From Candidatus Poribacteria bacterium (GTDB lineage Bacteria > Poribacteria > WGA-4E > WGA-3G): DNA of 64,000 bases. The notes under the pieces were generated by a model. It saw only the letters and a program-made list of their open reading frames with translations. It made no database searches and was not told where the DNA came from. Where the stretch lies: NCBI GenBank assembly GCA_965197475.1, contig CBDANF010000002.1, forward strand, positions 1,280,001 through 1,344,000, given 5' to 3'. Position numbers and translations under genes: made by a program. Numbering within the stretch: position 1 is the first letter of the stretch; each line of letters begins with the position of its first letter. Below, in pieces: positions 17,366 through 28,041 of the stretch.

Positions 17366-18694
17366 ATGGCGACCATTAAACCGCGCGTCCCCCGTGGTAT
17401 GAGAGATATATTGCCTGAACAGATGATTCGCAGACAATATGTTATAGATGTTATTCGCGATGTATTTGAAGAATTTGGGTTTGAACCGTTACAGACTCCC
17501 GCGCTCGAATTATCCGAAGTGCTCACAGGTAAATATGGACCGGACGCAGAAAAACTAATCTACCAAGCTGGACATACCGGTGGTAAGGAGGACATTTCGC
17601 TTCGGTACGATCTTTCTGTCCCGCTCTGCCGTGTTGTAGCGATGTATCCACAACTGCCGAAACCGTTTAAGCGGTATCAAATTGATCCGGTGTGGCGCGC
17701 AGAACGTCCACAAAAGGGACGTTATCGCCAATTTTTCCAATGTGATGCAGATACCGTCGGAAGCGATAGTATGTTAGCTGACGCGGAAAATGTTAATCTC
17801 ATTTATCAAGTCCTTTTCCGTCTCAGTTTTTATGGCTTTGAGATTAATATCAACAACCGGAAACTGATTACTGGGATAGGGGAATTCGCTGGCGTGCCTG
17901 CTGAACAACTTGGCGGCCTCTATCGCGCTATTGATAAGTTGGATAAGATAGGATTGGATGGTGTTACCACAGAATTACGGGAAAATGAAATACCAGAAGA
18001 TGTTATTGAAAAATTGCTTACGCTGCTACAGATTGAAGGTGATGCGGCAACGGTGCTCAGTGAAATGAATGAACAACTTGGTGATTTAGAAATTGCTCGT
18101 GAAGGCATCGCTGAATTGGATGAGTTAATCCGTTATCTCATGATTTTTGGCGTTCCAGAGGAGATGTACAGGGTGAACGTTGCTATGGTGCGAGGTTTGG
18201 AATACTACACCGGACCGATATATGAAACGGTTGTCAAAAAACCGAAGATCGGCAGCATCACAGGTGGTGGTAGATATGATGAACTCATCGGAAGTTTTAG
18301 CAAACAGAGTTTCCCCGCAACAGGTACAAGTTTCGGCTTTGAGCGGATTATTGACGTAATGGAAGAATTTGATATGTTTCCATCTACTGTAGGGAAAACA
18401 GTGACACAGGTATTAATGACCGTGTTTGATGACGAGCTGATGGAAGAATCCCTTAAATTGGCAACACTGTTACGTCAAGGCGGCATCCGAACAGAGGTCT
18501 ATATTCGTCCTGATCGACTGAGTACACAAATGAAATATGCTGATGCTAAAGGAATCCCTTACGCTGTTATCCTCGGATCGGATGAGTTAGCTGCAGGTAA
18601 CGCTGCTGTCCGGGATTTGGCAAGTAGGGAACAGGAAGATGTTCCATTGGATAAGGTTGTTGAGCAGATTAAGCAGTGGATAGAGAAAACGTAA
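17366..18694 (+). CDS. hisS: Histidine--tRNA ligase
   Basis: PRGMRD, LRYDLSVP, WRAERPQKGRYRQFFQCDAD, RGLEYYTG, GGGRYD, anticodon domain. Confidence 0.96.
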   Translation: MATIKPRVPRGMRDILPEQMIRRQYVIDVIRDVFEEFGFEPLQTPALELSEVLTGKYGPDAEKLIYQAGHTGGKEDISLRYDLSVPLCRVVAMYPQLPKPFKRYQIDPVWRAERPQKGRYRQFFQCDADTVGSDSMLADAENVNLIYQVLFRLSFYGFEININNRKLITGIGEFAGVPAEQLGGLYRAIDKLDKIGLDGVTTELRENEIPEDVIEKLLTLLQIEGDAATVLSEMNEQLGDLEIAREGIAELDELIRYLMIFGVPEEMYRVNVAMVRGLEYYTGPIYETVVKKPKIGSITGGGRYDELIGSFSKQSFPATGTSFGFERIIDVMEEFDMFPSTVGKTVTQVLMTVFDDELMEESLKLATLLRQGGIRTEVYIRPDRLSTQMKYADAKGIPYAVILGSDELAAGNAAVRDLASREQEDVPLDKVVEQIKQWIEKT

Positions 18695-18714
18695 TGAGGG
18701 GTAGTAACCTAATT

Positions 18715-20319
18715 CTAAACAGATGAGGGCTGCTCTTGTACCACAGGGATAACATAACTTCGAATCGTAAAACCATCTAATGTCTCAGTTTCTACACGAT
18801 GTTCGGGGACTGTGCGGTGATCAAATACGACGTAGTATCCTTCCATAGCACCTTCAGATTTGAGATAGGCAGCAAGTTGTCTTTTACCAGCTTGATAGCG
18901 GTGGTTGCTTTCCCAAATCTTGGTTTCAATGATGTATTTTTGCGCGTTGTGAAGAATAAGCAGGTCTATCCTGCCGCGCCCGGTTTGGACTTTAAGGTAC
19001 ATTGCACCTTGCACTATTCGAACGAACTGATCTAGATATGTATAGAGGAGATATTGTCCTACGAACTCTTTTGGCGTATCTGGCACATGTAAGATTTTGA
19101 AACCAGCCCGTGCAATAAAAGCCTGGAAGTTATCAAGCAGCGTTGCCATTTCAATTTTTCCATCGGTTGTAAGGTAATCAATGAAATCTGTATCTTCATT
19201 TTCGGGGAAATAGTGCCCTTCGATCCCGTTAATAAGAGGCAGGAAAGCTTGTATGATGCACTGCTGATAAATCGGATTCACAATCTTACACATATTATCA
19301 GCGCCTTCAGCAATGACACCATAAGTAGCGAGTTCGTTGACGAGTTCATTATATAAATTGAATTCTATACCGTTATCATAAGAAGTGATCTTCATGAGAA
19401 GTGTTTCAAATCGCCGATCTCTACGGATATTTGTTATCAGATGATCAATGTTGGTGTTTCGTTCACGAAGGAGTTTTACGTGTGCTTTTGAGAAGTGTTC
19501 CGTTGTGATCAATTCGTTTTTCGGAATATCTAATTCCTCAGTAAGGATTTGTGCGAATCGATTGACGAGGAACGGTTGCCCAGCAGTCTGCTTATGGAGT
19601 GCTTCAACAACTTCAGGCGAGAAGTTTTGTCCAGTTTCATCTGTATACTGTGTGAACAACTCTTGCACTTGTTGAAGCGTAAAGTTGGGCAAGTAAAACT
19701 CGTCCTGGATATTGAATGGAGAAACGGACCTATCATAGTTAAGTTGCGTGATGCTCTTGACCCCGACGATACCGACACTATGAGGGCAGCGCATCTCATC
19801 GGAAAGGTAAATGTCGCGTAGCGCATGAAGAAAATCACTTAAAACAGTCTGTGGAATACCATCAAACTCGTCTATAATGACGACAACCTTCTGATTACCA
19901 AGATCATTATTCAAAATGCTTGAGAACTGTTCAAAGAATTCCATCATTGAAAGGTGATTTATGATCTTAGCGTCTGCAAGAAATCGTGTAAGTGTACCTG
20001 AAGGAACATGTTTTCGCCTTTTGAAGACATGTTCAATTTCCTTACGAACTCTGTTGCAGAAGGCTCCGTAAAAATCAGATGCCGCGAGGTTTTTATAGAT
20101 CTCAAAATTGAGTTGAATCGGGAAATAGATTGACGACTCCTTTGCGAGTGTGTCAAGTGCCATTCTGAAAAAGGTTGTCTTGCCAGTTTGACGTGGGGCA
20201 AAGAGAACGATGTACCGCCCTTCTTTGACGCGTATAAGAAAATCGTCAATCTCCTTGCTACGAGGTACAACATAATGCTGTCCTGGATACACACGACCTT
20301 GGGTTCCAAAACGTCTCAT
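18715..20319 (-). CDS. AAA-like ATPase with C-terminal PD-(D/E)XK nuclease-like domain
   Basis: Walker A APRQTGKT, Walker B IIDEFD, TAGQPFLV; C-terminal GRIDLLI...IIETK...QLAAYL. Confidence 0.8.
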   Translation of the reverse strand: MRRFGTQGRVYPGQHYVVPRSKEIDDFLIRVKEGRYIVLFAPRQTGKTTFFRMALDTLAKESSIYFPIQLNFEIYKNLAASDFYGAFCNRVRKEIEHVFKRRKHVPSGTLTRFLADAKIINHLSMMEFFEQFSSILNNDLGNQKVVVIIDEFDGIPQTVLSDFLHALRDIYLSDEMRCPHSVGIVGVKSITQLNYDRSVSPFNIQDEFYLPNFTLQQVQELFTQYTDETGQNFSPEVVEALHKQTAGQPFLVNRFAQILTEELDIPKNELITTEHFSKAHVKLLRERNTNIDHLITNIRRDRRFETLLMKITSYDNGIEFNLYNELVNELATYGVIAEGADNMCKIVNPIYQQCIIQAFLPLINGIEGHYFPENEDTDFIDYLTTDGKIEMATLLDNFQAFIARAGFKILHVPDTPKEFVGQYLLYTYLDQFVRIVQGAMYLKVQTGRGRIDLLILHNAQKYIIETKIWESNHRYQAGKRQLAAYLKSEGAMEGYYVVFDHRTVPEHRVETETLDGFTIRSYVIPVVQEQPSSV

Positions 20320-20532
20320 TTTTTCACCATTTTCGATATTAATCCTTAACGGTTTATTGTATCACATCATTACTTGAAAGTCTATAGAAAATTAAGGTAG
20401 TAGTCGCACTCCGCGTGCCGTAAGTCTGTTAAAAATGTTTGAATGCCATAAGCACATGATGTGTTGATTGGCAATGAATTGCGCGATTACAACAGATGTC
20501 TTAAAAACTATATTTGTCCAAATAGTAAGTGA

Positions 20533-20657
20533 TATCAAATTAACTTAATTCGACGTCTTCCGATAAAGTCAAGCAGTGCAAGGCACCAAATCAACGGTAT
20601 GAATGCGCTTATGGCATTCACCGGGGACCTCACAGGACAAATCCCGTTAATTGGGTA
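20533..20657. mobile_element. MITE-like element (TATCAAATTAAC...GTTAATTGGGTA)
   Basis: Imperfect terminal inverted repeats; family shared with 1485 and 44919. Confidence 0.6.
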
Positions 20658-20680
20658 TAAAATAAAAAGAGAGAAAGATT

Positions 20681-21850
20681 ATGAAATTTTACAAACGTTC
20701 ACGTATCCTTTGGAGCATTTTTATACTCGGTTTGATTGTTCAGGCGGTGCAACTGACAATTATAGGGTGTAGCCATACTTCTCCCTACTACCACCCGGAC
20801 ATCCCAACTACTGAGAAACAGGATGTTGTAACGGAAGATACACTCCACTATCGGATATTGCTTCTTGGGGATGGAGGGCAACCGAATCCGGATGAACCGG
20901 TATTAAAAACAGTACAGGCATGGGCGCAAAAAATGCCTCAGAAAACCAGCATCGTTTTTTTAGGTGACAATATGTATCCTGAAGGGATGACAGAACGGAA
21001 ACAGCACGAAGCATCAACGCGGCTCGACCCACAACTACAGGTCGTCAAATCTTCTGATACACATGGACTGTTCATTCCCGGTAACCACGATTGGTCGAAC
21101 GGAAAAGAGGTGGGATATAGCGCGCTTCTTGCACAAGAGAAATATATTAATGCCACCCTATCCCGCGATCCAAAATTCCTACCGCGAGGCGGTTCTCCGG
21201 GACCGGTTGCACTGGAACTTCCAGAGTCGGCACCTATTGTTCGGATCATTGTGCTTGATACGCAATGGTGGTTACATCAACAGGAAAAGCCGCAAAAAGC
21301 ACCAGAATCAGTTATTGCTGAACTCAAAAATATGCTTGATACGGAATTACCCATCATCGTTGTTGGACATCACCCATTGCAAAGTTACGGAGTACACGGA
21401 GGTTTCTATGACTGGAAAGCACACCTTTTTCCGGGTAGAGTTGCGAAAAAATGGCTTTGGGTGCCTGTGCCTATCGTCGGTTCTCTGTATCCGTTGGCTC
21501 GATGGCATCTGGTAAAATCGGATCAGGACATCAACGGCACACGCAACAAAAATATGGTGGCACAATTCAACGCCGCTTTTTCTACTGTAAAAAAGACCCC
21601 TCTTTTAATATATGCCTCTGGACATGATCATTCTCTACAAGTTTTAAAGGGAGATGTTACGGATTACCTACTTGTAAGTGGACTTGGCTCAAGTGAAAAG
21701 GCGACAGAGGTGAGTCATGGGGATAACACGCTATTTGCGCACCAGCACTCAGGCTTTATGGCGATAGACTTTCTTAAAGATGGAAAGGTTTTGTTAAGGG
21801 TGGTTGAACCCGGCAGCAAGGACGTATTGTTTCACCATTGGCTGAAATAA
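20681..21850 (+). CDS. Metallophosphoesterase (calcineurin-like), exported
   Basis: GDGG, FLGDNMY, PGNHDW, GHHP, SGHDH motifs; N-terminal hydrophobic segment. Confidence 0.9.
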   Translation: MKFYKRSRILWSIFILGLIVQAVQLTIIGCSHTSPYYHPDIPTTEKQDVVTEDTLHYRILLLGDGGQPNPDEPVLKTVQAWAQKMPQKTSIVFLGDNMYPEGMTERKQHEASTRLDPQLQVVKSSDTHGLFIPGNHDWSNGKEVGYSALLAQEKYINATLSRDPKFLPRGGSPGPVALELPESAPIVRIIVLDTQWWLHQQEKPQKAPESVIAELKNMLDTELPIIVVGHHPLQSYGVHGGFYDWKAHLFPGRVAKKWLWVPVPIVGSLYPLARWHLVKSDQDINGTRNKNMVAQFNAAFSTVKKTPLLIYASGHDHSLQVLKGDVTDYLLVSGLGSSEKATEVSHGDNTLFAHQHSGFMAIDFLKDGKVLLRVVEPGSKDVLFHHWLK

Positions 21851-21877
21851 TGAAGTCTGAATTAATATCTTACACAT

Positions 21878-22162
21878 CTATTCAGTTTCATGACCTTCCT
21901 CGCGGGCATACTTCAGAAATTCCATGTTGTGTAGATAAGGTGTAATATCTTCCAATTGCAAACGTATATCGCTTATATCTGCAGCTGCCTGATTCAGATC
22001 TGTTTGTATCTGTTGATACGTTTGTCGTGCTTTTTTGGGATGGTATCCACTTTTTTTTAGAAAATGATCTGTAATTGCCTTAACTGTAACAAGCACGGTA
22101 ATGGTTAAGCTTCCCATAACAATCACCGTAAGGTTTGCGATAAAGGCGACGAGTTTAGACAT
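21878..22162 (-). CDS. Small membrane-anchored coiled-coil hypothetical protein
   Basis: AGGAG RBS, hydrophobic N-terminus, heptad-rich C-terminus. Confidence 0.7.
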   Translation of the reverse strand: MSKLVAFIANLTVIVMGSLTITVLVTVKAITDHFLKKSGYHPKKARQTYQQIQTDLNQAAADISDIRLQLEDITPYLHNMEFLKYAREEGHETE

Positions 22163-22175
22163 GCGTTTTTCTCCT

Positions 22176-22412
22176 TTACTCTGTGATACCTTTAGCTATC
22201 TGAATTAGTTCTTGTAGTTGCGTTTGCAGGGCACCAATTTCGTTCCGAACCTGCGATACCTGCTGCTGTAATGCTTCTATCTCGCGTTGCGATGCTCCTT
22301 GACGAAGACCGCGTTTCTTTTCGGCGTATGATGTGCCCATTGAGACACATCCAAGTACTGTTACTGTAAGACATCCACACACAATCACGACTATGAGTAT
22401 AAGTCCTGACAT
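22176..22412 (-). CDS. Small membrane-anchored coiled-coil hypothetical protein, similar to its neighbour
   Basis: Start MSGLIL behind AAGGAG; GCLTVTVL..EKKRG resembles GSLTITVL..LKKSG of the next gene. Confidence 0.7.
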   Translation of the reverse strand: MSGLILIVVIVCGCLTVTVLGCVSMGTSYAEKKRGLRQGASQREIEALQQQVSQVRNEIGALQTQLQELIQIAKGITE

Positions 22413-22756
22413 TTTCAAAGTACTCCTTATTGTTGTGTTATTGGATATTAGAGTGTGTTTAATCCTAAAAGATAGTTTAAATTTGATAATTAGAGGTATA
22501 TAGTGAAGTCTAAAGGTCAAATTGTGTAAATATTATAGACCTTACTATAAAATCTAATTTACTGAAATTCTTGAAAGGTGTCAATTGCTTTTTCTAAAAG
22601 CCAGGAACAAAGATGTTCCCCGCGGGAGATAGCAGTCTGTAGGAAGAGCAAGGTCAAGAAGGATAAATTCTATTAAACTTTTATGGATAATGTAAGTCTA
22701 AAGGCAAAATATGGACTAAACTTAAAATAACTGGATAGAGATAGAGGCGATAAAAT

Positions 22757-23530
22757 ATGCTTACGCAAAAACAGAAGTTAGAATTCCATGAAAATGGTTA
22801 TATTAAAGTCTCTGGTGTTGTGCCAAAGTTAATGATAGATGCTGCTCGTAAAATCATTAATCATTCTATCGGTGCTGTGGGACTGCACGAAGACGACTTA
22901 GAAAAGTTTCGGGCACAATCGTATTGTAACGAAATTAGGAACGCCCCGCAAATTGTGGATATTTTCCATAAAACACCTATCCATAACATTGCTGAATCGA
23001 TGCTGGGTGAAGGCAACGTGCAAGTCCCAGGTTCAGGACAGATAGCACTCCGATTCCCGATGCCGTTAGACCGCGATGCGAATGAACCACGCGGACATCT
23101 GGATGGATTGGGAAGTGGGACAAATGGAATGGCAAAAGGTGTTTACCGTCGCGGTTTTTCTGCGTTAGCGGTTGTGTATCTGGCAGATGTGCCTGAACCG
23201 TATAGCGGTAACTTTACGGTGTGGCCCAAAACGCACAGTTTTTTCGCTGACTATTTCAAAAAGGAAGGGCATGAGATTTTGGCAAACGGAATGCCGCGTC
23301 CGGAACTTCCTGAAGGTCCCACCCAGATAATCGGCAAAGCGGGAGATGTGGTTTTGACACATCACCAGATAGTCCACTCAGCAGCACCGAATGCATCGGC
23401 TGACATTCGTTACGCTGTAATCTTCCGTGTGCGGCATGTGGATTGTGCAGAAAACGGGTATGATGGTTACACCGATATCTGGCGTGAATGGCCTGGTATA
23501 CAGGAAGCGATAGAAAACGGAAATGCCTAA
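22757..23530 (+). CDS. Phytanoyl-CoA dioxygenase (PhyH)-family Fe/2OG enzyme
   Basis: FHENGY, HLDG, GNFTVWPKTH, GDVVLTHHQIVH, R. Confidence 0.88.
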   Translation: MLTQKQKLEFHENGYIKVSGVVPKLMIDAARKIINHSIGAVGLHEDDLEKFRAQSYCNEIRNAPQIVDIFHKTPIHNIAESMLGEGNVQVPGSGQIALRFPMPLDRDANEPRGHLDGLGSGTNGMAKGVYRRGFSALAVVYLADVPEPYSGNFTVWPKTHSFFADYFKKEGHEILANGMPRPELPEGPTQIIGKAGDVVLTHHQIVHSAAPNASADIRYAVIFRVRHVDCAENGYDGYTDIWREWPGIQEAIENGNA

Positions 23531-23541
23531 AAGAAATTAAG

Positions 23542-23571
23542 AAACGGGTGATTCGATTAAATCACCCGTTT
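23542..23571. terminator. Bidirectional intrinsic terminator
   Basis: AAACGGGTGATT-6 nt-AATCACCCGTTT between convergent genes. Confidence 0.8.
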
Positions 23572-23576
23572 GCTTT

Positions 23577-24395
23577 TTACTTTGTGCTCTTGATTTGTGC
23601 CCATGTAATGCTCAATTTGTCCACAGGTTCGACTGCAAATGGATCCCCATTGGATAAATAGAGGTTTTCCACCTCATCTGCAGAAAGTGCTCGGTGGAAC
23701 ATTAGGAACTCATCCATCAATCCTTTGAATGTCCACGACGCGGGAGTCGCGACACCATTAAATGCTGTGGCTTCAGAACCAACCCCGATGAATCCGTACC
23801 GTTGTAATTTCGGTCCGATCATTTTATTAGTAGTAGCTGTGGCTTCCTCTACATCCACTTTACCATCAACATAGATCCGCTTCATATCGGCATTAAAAAT
23901 TGCCACGACATGATGCCATTGATCGTCCGTAACTTTAACATTACCATGCCAATCCTTTATAGGACAACAGACATCAAAAGCGACAAAGTCCGTCTGATCG
24001 ATTGCAACATCTCCAGCTGCAAAACGGAAATAGTCGCTGCGATCCCAAGAGGCAATCATCCCTCTATCAACAGTCTTAATCCATACCGCGATGCTAAGTT
24101 CCGGTATACCTTCGGTATAATTGAGATTTCGCACTGAGATATATTCGGTTGCCCCACCAGGAAATTCCATACATTCGTTAACTTTGCCATCATTCACAAT
24201 ATTGAGATTGCTGCCGTGGAGGAAACCGTCATTTCCGGACCCATCCAAGATATCTTCACCCTTAAGGGAGGCAGCGTCAAAACTATAATAGATGACCAGT
24301 TCTTTATCACTTATACCCCGCGCGTGGACAGTCAACGTTGGTACTGTTAGAATTAGTGTTAGCGTCAATAGTTGGAAAATCAAAGAGGTTTTCAT
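23577..24395 (-). CDS. Secreted LamG (concanavalin A-like) domain protein
   Basis: Signal peptide, YYSFD, WHHVV, IYVDG, FKGLMDEF..RALS; C-terminal AVEPVDKLSITWAQIK. Confidence 0.9.
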   Translation of the reverse strand: MKTSLIFQLLTLTLILTVPTLTVHARGISDKELVIYYSFDAASLKGEDILDGSGNDGFLHGSNLNIVNDGKVNECMEFPGGATEYISVRNLNYTEGIPELSIAVWIKTVDRGMIASWDRSDYFRFAAGDVAIDQTDFVAFDVCCPIKDWHGNVKVTDDQWHHVVAIFNADMKRIYVDGKVDVEEATATTNKMIGPKLQRYGFIGVGSEATAFNGVATPASWTFKGLMDEFLMFHRALSADEVENLYLSNGDPFAVEPVDKLSITWAQIKSTK

Positions 24396-24416
24396 TTTAG
24401 GTCTCCTTAATTATTT

Positions 24417-24662
24417 TACTAAAGTTTGGACAATTTACGCGTTATTCATGTAGACTTCTCAAAGGTAGTGGCTGTTCTCGCCAAAAACCTGTTATATTTT
24501 CTGCGATTTTGCTGATTGGAAGAACTCCCTGAAAAATACATCTTGGCATGGCAGTCCGAGCAGAGCGACAGATGTATAGAAGATAATTAGGTTAATGTCT
24601 AAGATGTTTCCATTTTACCCTCTACACATTGAAGTCCTTTAAAATTTGTCCAAACTTTAGTA
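24417..24662. mobile_element. 246-bp MITE with TIR TACTAAAGTTTGGACAA
   Basis: Perfect 17-bp terminal inverted repeats starting and ending in TA; a related right end lies at about 48055-48127. Confidence 0.8.
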
Positions 24663-24681
24663 GGTGGTAACTTGGGTTATT

Positions 24682-25506
24682 TTATTTCGTACTCTTAATC
24701 TTTCCCCATGTGATGCTCAATTTGTCCGCAGGTTCAACGGCAAGCGGATTCCCAGACGCATTAGCAAGACGTTCAACCTCTTCTGCAGAAATTGCTCGGT
24801 GGAACAGAAGGAATTCATCCATCAACCCATTGAAAGCCCAATTGGGTCCTACGACCGCATCAAAAGCTGCAGCTTCTGAACCAATTCCGATGAATCCGAA
24901 CCGTGCTGTCTTCGGTCCTATCAATTTAGTGGCTGTGTCCGTGGCTGCCTCCGCATCCAATTCACCATCAACGTATATCCGTTTCATTTCAGCATCAAAG
25001 GTTGCCACGACATGATGCTATTCGTCATCAGCAACATCAATCTTACCAAACCAATCCTTTATAGGGCAACAAACATCAAAAGCAACAAAGGTTGTGGCTG
25101 CGTTCCCACCCATGTCATCGCCTACAGCAAAACGGAAGAATTCACTCCGATCCCAAGAGGCAATCAAACCTCTTTGCGGTGTCTTTACCCATACCGCGAG
25201 CGTCAGTTCCGGAATACCTTCAACATATTGGAGATTACGTACCGAAATATAATCGGATTGAGCCCCTGGAAACTCCATACATTCGTTAACTTTGCCCTCC
25301 ACAATCTTGAGACTGTTACCTTTGAGCAAACCGTGATTCTCATTTCCGGATCCGTCCAAGACATCTCCATCTTTAAGGGTATCCTCGTCAAAGCTATAAT
25401 AGATGACAAGTTCATCTGCACTGATACCCTGTGCATGACCAGTCAACGCTGGGACTGTTAGTATTAGTGTTAACGTTAAAAGTTTGAAAATAAAAGCGGT
25501 TCTCAT
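24682..25506 (-). pseudogene. LamG-domain paralog interrupted by an in-frame TAG at a conserved Trp
   Basis: DDE*HHVVATFD aligns with DDQWHHVVAIFN of 23577-24395; both track ORFs share one frame. Confidence 0.85.
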
Positions 25507-25576
25507 TATAGTACTCCTTTTATAGTATGCGCTTTTACTAGTATGCGCTTTTACAAGCTCGTAAATTATAGTTAGC

Positions 25577-26407
25577 CTAAGAATATCCTCCTACACCCAA
25601 CAACATCCGTTCCTCCATATCTGCTTCTTTGAGAAAGGTTTGGGTTAACCCGTCTGCAGGTGGATCGCCGCCGTGTGGCGACCTTCACAGCCACGTCGGC
25701 GTATAACCAAGAATTAACATTCTCCGCTTTGAGCGAAGTGTTAGCAAAGCACGATGCCAGAGATTACCGTGGATAAGTACGGCACCGCCAGATCTCACTT
25801 GAAGTGGTACTTCGCCATCTATCGGTTTATATGTACTAGGCGTTGCCTTGTCCAACCAGTTGTGAGAACCGGGGACAACAACCGCACCAGTATCTTCGTT
25901 TAAATCATCAAGATAGATAAGACAATCGATACAGTGTGGTCGTGAAAACCATGGTGGTATCGGGTTAGAGACAACACGCATGTGTTGATGCCAGGGCGTT
26001 TGGTGTTGTCTGTCATCGCCAGGATAAGTGATTCGTGCGCTCAATCCGCGTAGTCGAACAAGCGGTCCCATCATTGCCCGTACTATTGATAAAACCGGTT
26101 GAAATTTCAGAAGTTCAAGGAATGCTTCGTCCTTATCCATCAAATGACGCGGAATGAACCCCCAACTACGTTTGGAGGCAAGAGCGTTATCACGTTTTTC
26201 CCATTCTCGCGCTTCCAATCGGTCAAGGGCATCTCTTAGTTTTTGAAGTGCCTCTCCCTGAAAGAGTCCTTCTCAAATAAGGTAACCGGTCTCAGCAAAT
26301 GTTTGCAACTCTTCGCGGGTAGCGTGCACTTTCACGTCCCAATGTTGTCCGGTTTCACCCGGGTTATGGACATTTAGTACTTCGTAATGAAGTGTGTGTT
26401 GTTCCAT
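25577..26407 (-). pseudogene. PhyH-family dioxygenase with two in-frame TGA stops
   Basis: One frame reads MEQHT...GYLI*EGLF...WHQH...VPGSH...HGNLWH...PTWL*RSPHGG...GGYS*; TGA at 26273-26275 and 25685-25687. Confidence 0.8.
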
Positions 26408-26461
26408 AATTGTCTCGCTATGTGCAGTTTCTGTTGACGTGGCAAGGCACCTCATATTGTG

Positions 26462-27250
26462 CTACTTTTTCAAAAATTCTCCTGGAAGACGCGAACCGGG
26501 ATAGTTGCCATTTTCATCTCGATTAGCAATCGGTTCAGGAATCTCGTCATTCCAATAGCCTGGAACGGTGTTTGGTCTGCTGTGCCATGCCAAGATTAAA
26601 GTTCGTCGTTTATTAGTATGATTTCTGTGGGCAGCGTGTAAGAGACGCGCATCCGCCATCATTAATGAGCCCGCTTTGGCATACACATCCACCTGATCTG
26701 GATGATCACTAAACATGATCGGATGGTCTTCATCAATAAACCGTGCACCCTGTTCATGTGCGGGTACTAACTGGTCGTGAAAATCAATCCGCTTGAGATG
26801 GGTGCCGGGAATTACCTTTAAACATCCGTTTTCAGGTGTAGTATCCGTCAGATAGTAATTGAGAAAAATGGTCTGTGGCCAGGGGGAACAGCTGAGCGGG
26901 TCGTTCCAACGCATCCAATCTTGATGCCAATACAGTGCGGGTCCGCCAGGTTCTTTCGTTAATATGATAATCCCGCCGGAGGCAACGAAATCTCCAAAAC
27001 CGATCTGTTTCAGTGCGTCCCATGATGGTTGCCACTCCAGCAACCGCAGTATATACGGGTTGTCTGCACCACGTACATTTACGTGTTGTCCCTGATAGAC
27101 CATTTCGTCTGGTTCCACGTGTCCTGTGATGAGTCGTTCCGATTCATCGTGCAGCTCCTGCAAGAATTCATCCGTTAAAATATCGTCAACAACGCAAAAG
27201 CCGTCGCGCAGCATATGTTCCCGTTTTTCTAAGGCGACTTCAGGTGTCAT
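26462..27250 (-). CDS. PhyH-family dioxygenase
   Basis: DGFCVV, WHQD, NGCLKVIPGTH, LLHAA, RR. Confidence 0.92.
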   Translation of the reverse strand: MTPEVALEKREHMLRDGFCVVDDILTDEFLQELHDESERLITGHVEPDEMVYQGQHVNVRGADNPYILRLLEWQPSWDALKQIGFGDFVASGGIIILTKEPGGPALYWHQDWMRWNDPLSCSPWPQTIFLNYYLTDTTPENGCLKVIPGTHLKRIDFHDQLVPAHEQGARFIDEDHPIMFSDHPDQVDVYAKAGSLMMADARLLHAAHRNHTNKRRTLILAWHSRPNTVPGYWNDEIPEPIANRDENGNYPGSRLPGEFLKK

Positions 27251-27452
27251 TCAATTTGCCCTCAAAGTTTTGAATTTATCCAATTTTATACAAAATTGCT
27301 TAAAAATACAACAATTTTTTATTATTGCTAAGTTTGCAAAATGACTTGATGTAAATTTTAAGGTGAAATTGTTTGCTAAATGTGGTAATATATTCTACAG
27401 TATATACGTACATCTAATGCAAGAATTGCGTTATAAACATGGAGGAAGAAAT

Positions 27453-27659
27453 ATGGGTGTCCCTGGCATACCGGAATTATTGATTATATTAGTGATAGTG
27501 CTGCTCCTATTTGGCTCAAAGAAGCTGCCTGAATTAGCACGCGGGCTTGGCAAAAGCATCACAAACTTTAAATCCGGGCTCAACGAAGAGCAGACAGACG
27601 AAACCGAAACCATCGCACAACAGGAAAAAGAAACATCACAAAAAGAGGAAACTGGCTAA
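27453..27659 (+). CDS. tatA: Twin-arginine translocase TatA/TatE
   Basis: GIPELLIILVIVLLLFGSKKLPELARGLGKSITNFK; GGAGG RBS. Confidence 0.95.
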   Translation: MGVPGIPELLIILVIVLLLFGSKKLPELARGLGKSITNFKSGLNEEQTDETETIAQQEKETSQKEETG

Positions 27660-27671
27660 TTTTAACCGAAA

Positions 27672-28001
27672 ATGAAAGATAAATTACCTGACTTTCTTCA
27701 GGGGGTGATAGAAGAATACCCTGAAATTTGGAAAGCATATCAGGCATTAGGCGAAACGTGCGGCACCGCCGGACCTCTTGAACCCAAAACTGTGAGGCTT
27801 GTCAAACTTGCATTGGCTATTGGCGCGAAGTCTGAAGGTGCTGTACATTCGCATACTCGACGGGCACTCCGTGAAGGTATCACGCGAGAGGAGATACAAC
27901 AGGTGGCACTGCTTGCAGTGACATCCATCGGTTGGTCATCAAGTATGGCATCCTTATCTTGGATTCAAGATGTCGTTAATAAACATTTACAGTCAGATTG
28001 A
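27672..28001 (+). CDS. Carboxymuconolactone decarboxylase/AhpD family protein
   Basis: GPLEPKTVRLVKLALAIG, HSHTRRALREGITREEI. Confidence 0.88.
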   Translation: MKDKLPDFLQGVIEEYPEIWKAYQALGETCGTAGPLEPKTVRLVKLALAIGAKSEGAVHSHTRRALREGITREEIQQVALLAVTSIGWSSSMASLSWIQDVVNKHLQSD

Positions 28002-28041
28002 GAATATTAGCATGGAAGTAGTTTATAAACGACGAAATTCC

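Noticed and set aside
25523-25554. 16-bp tandem duplication TAGTATGCGCTTTTAC
   Set aside because: Only two copies; most simply a local slippage event, though an operator cannot be excluded.
25577-26407. Selenocysteine or TGA recoding
   Set aside because: The TGAs are not at evident Cys-type catalytic positions, I see no convincing SECIS, and TGA is a normal stop in neighbours such as trxB.
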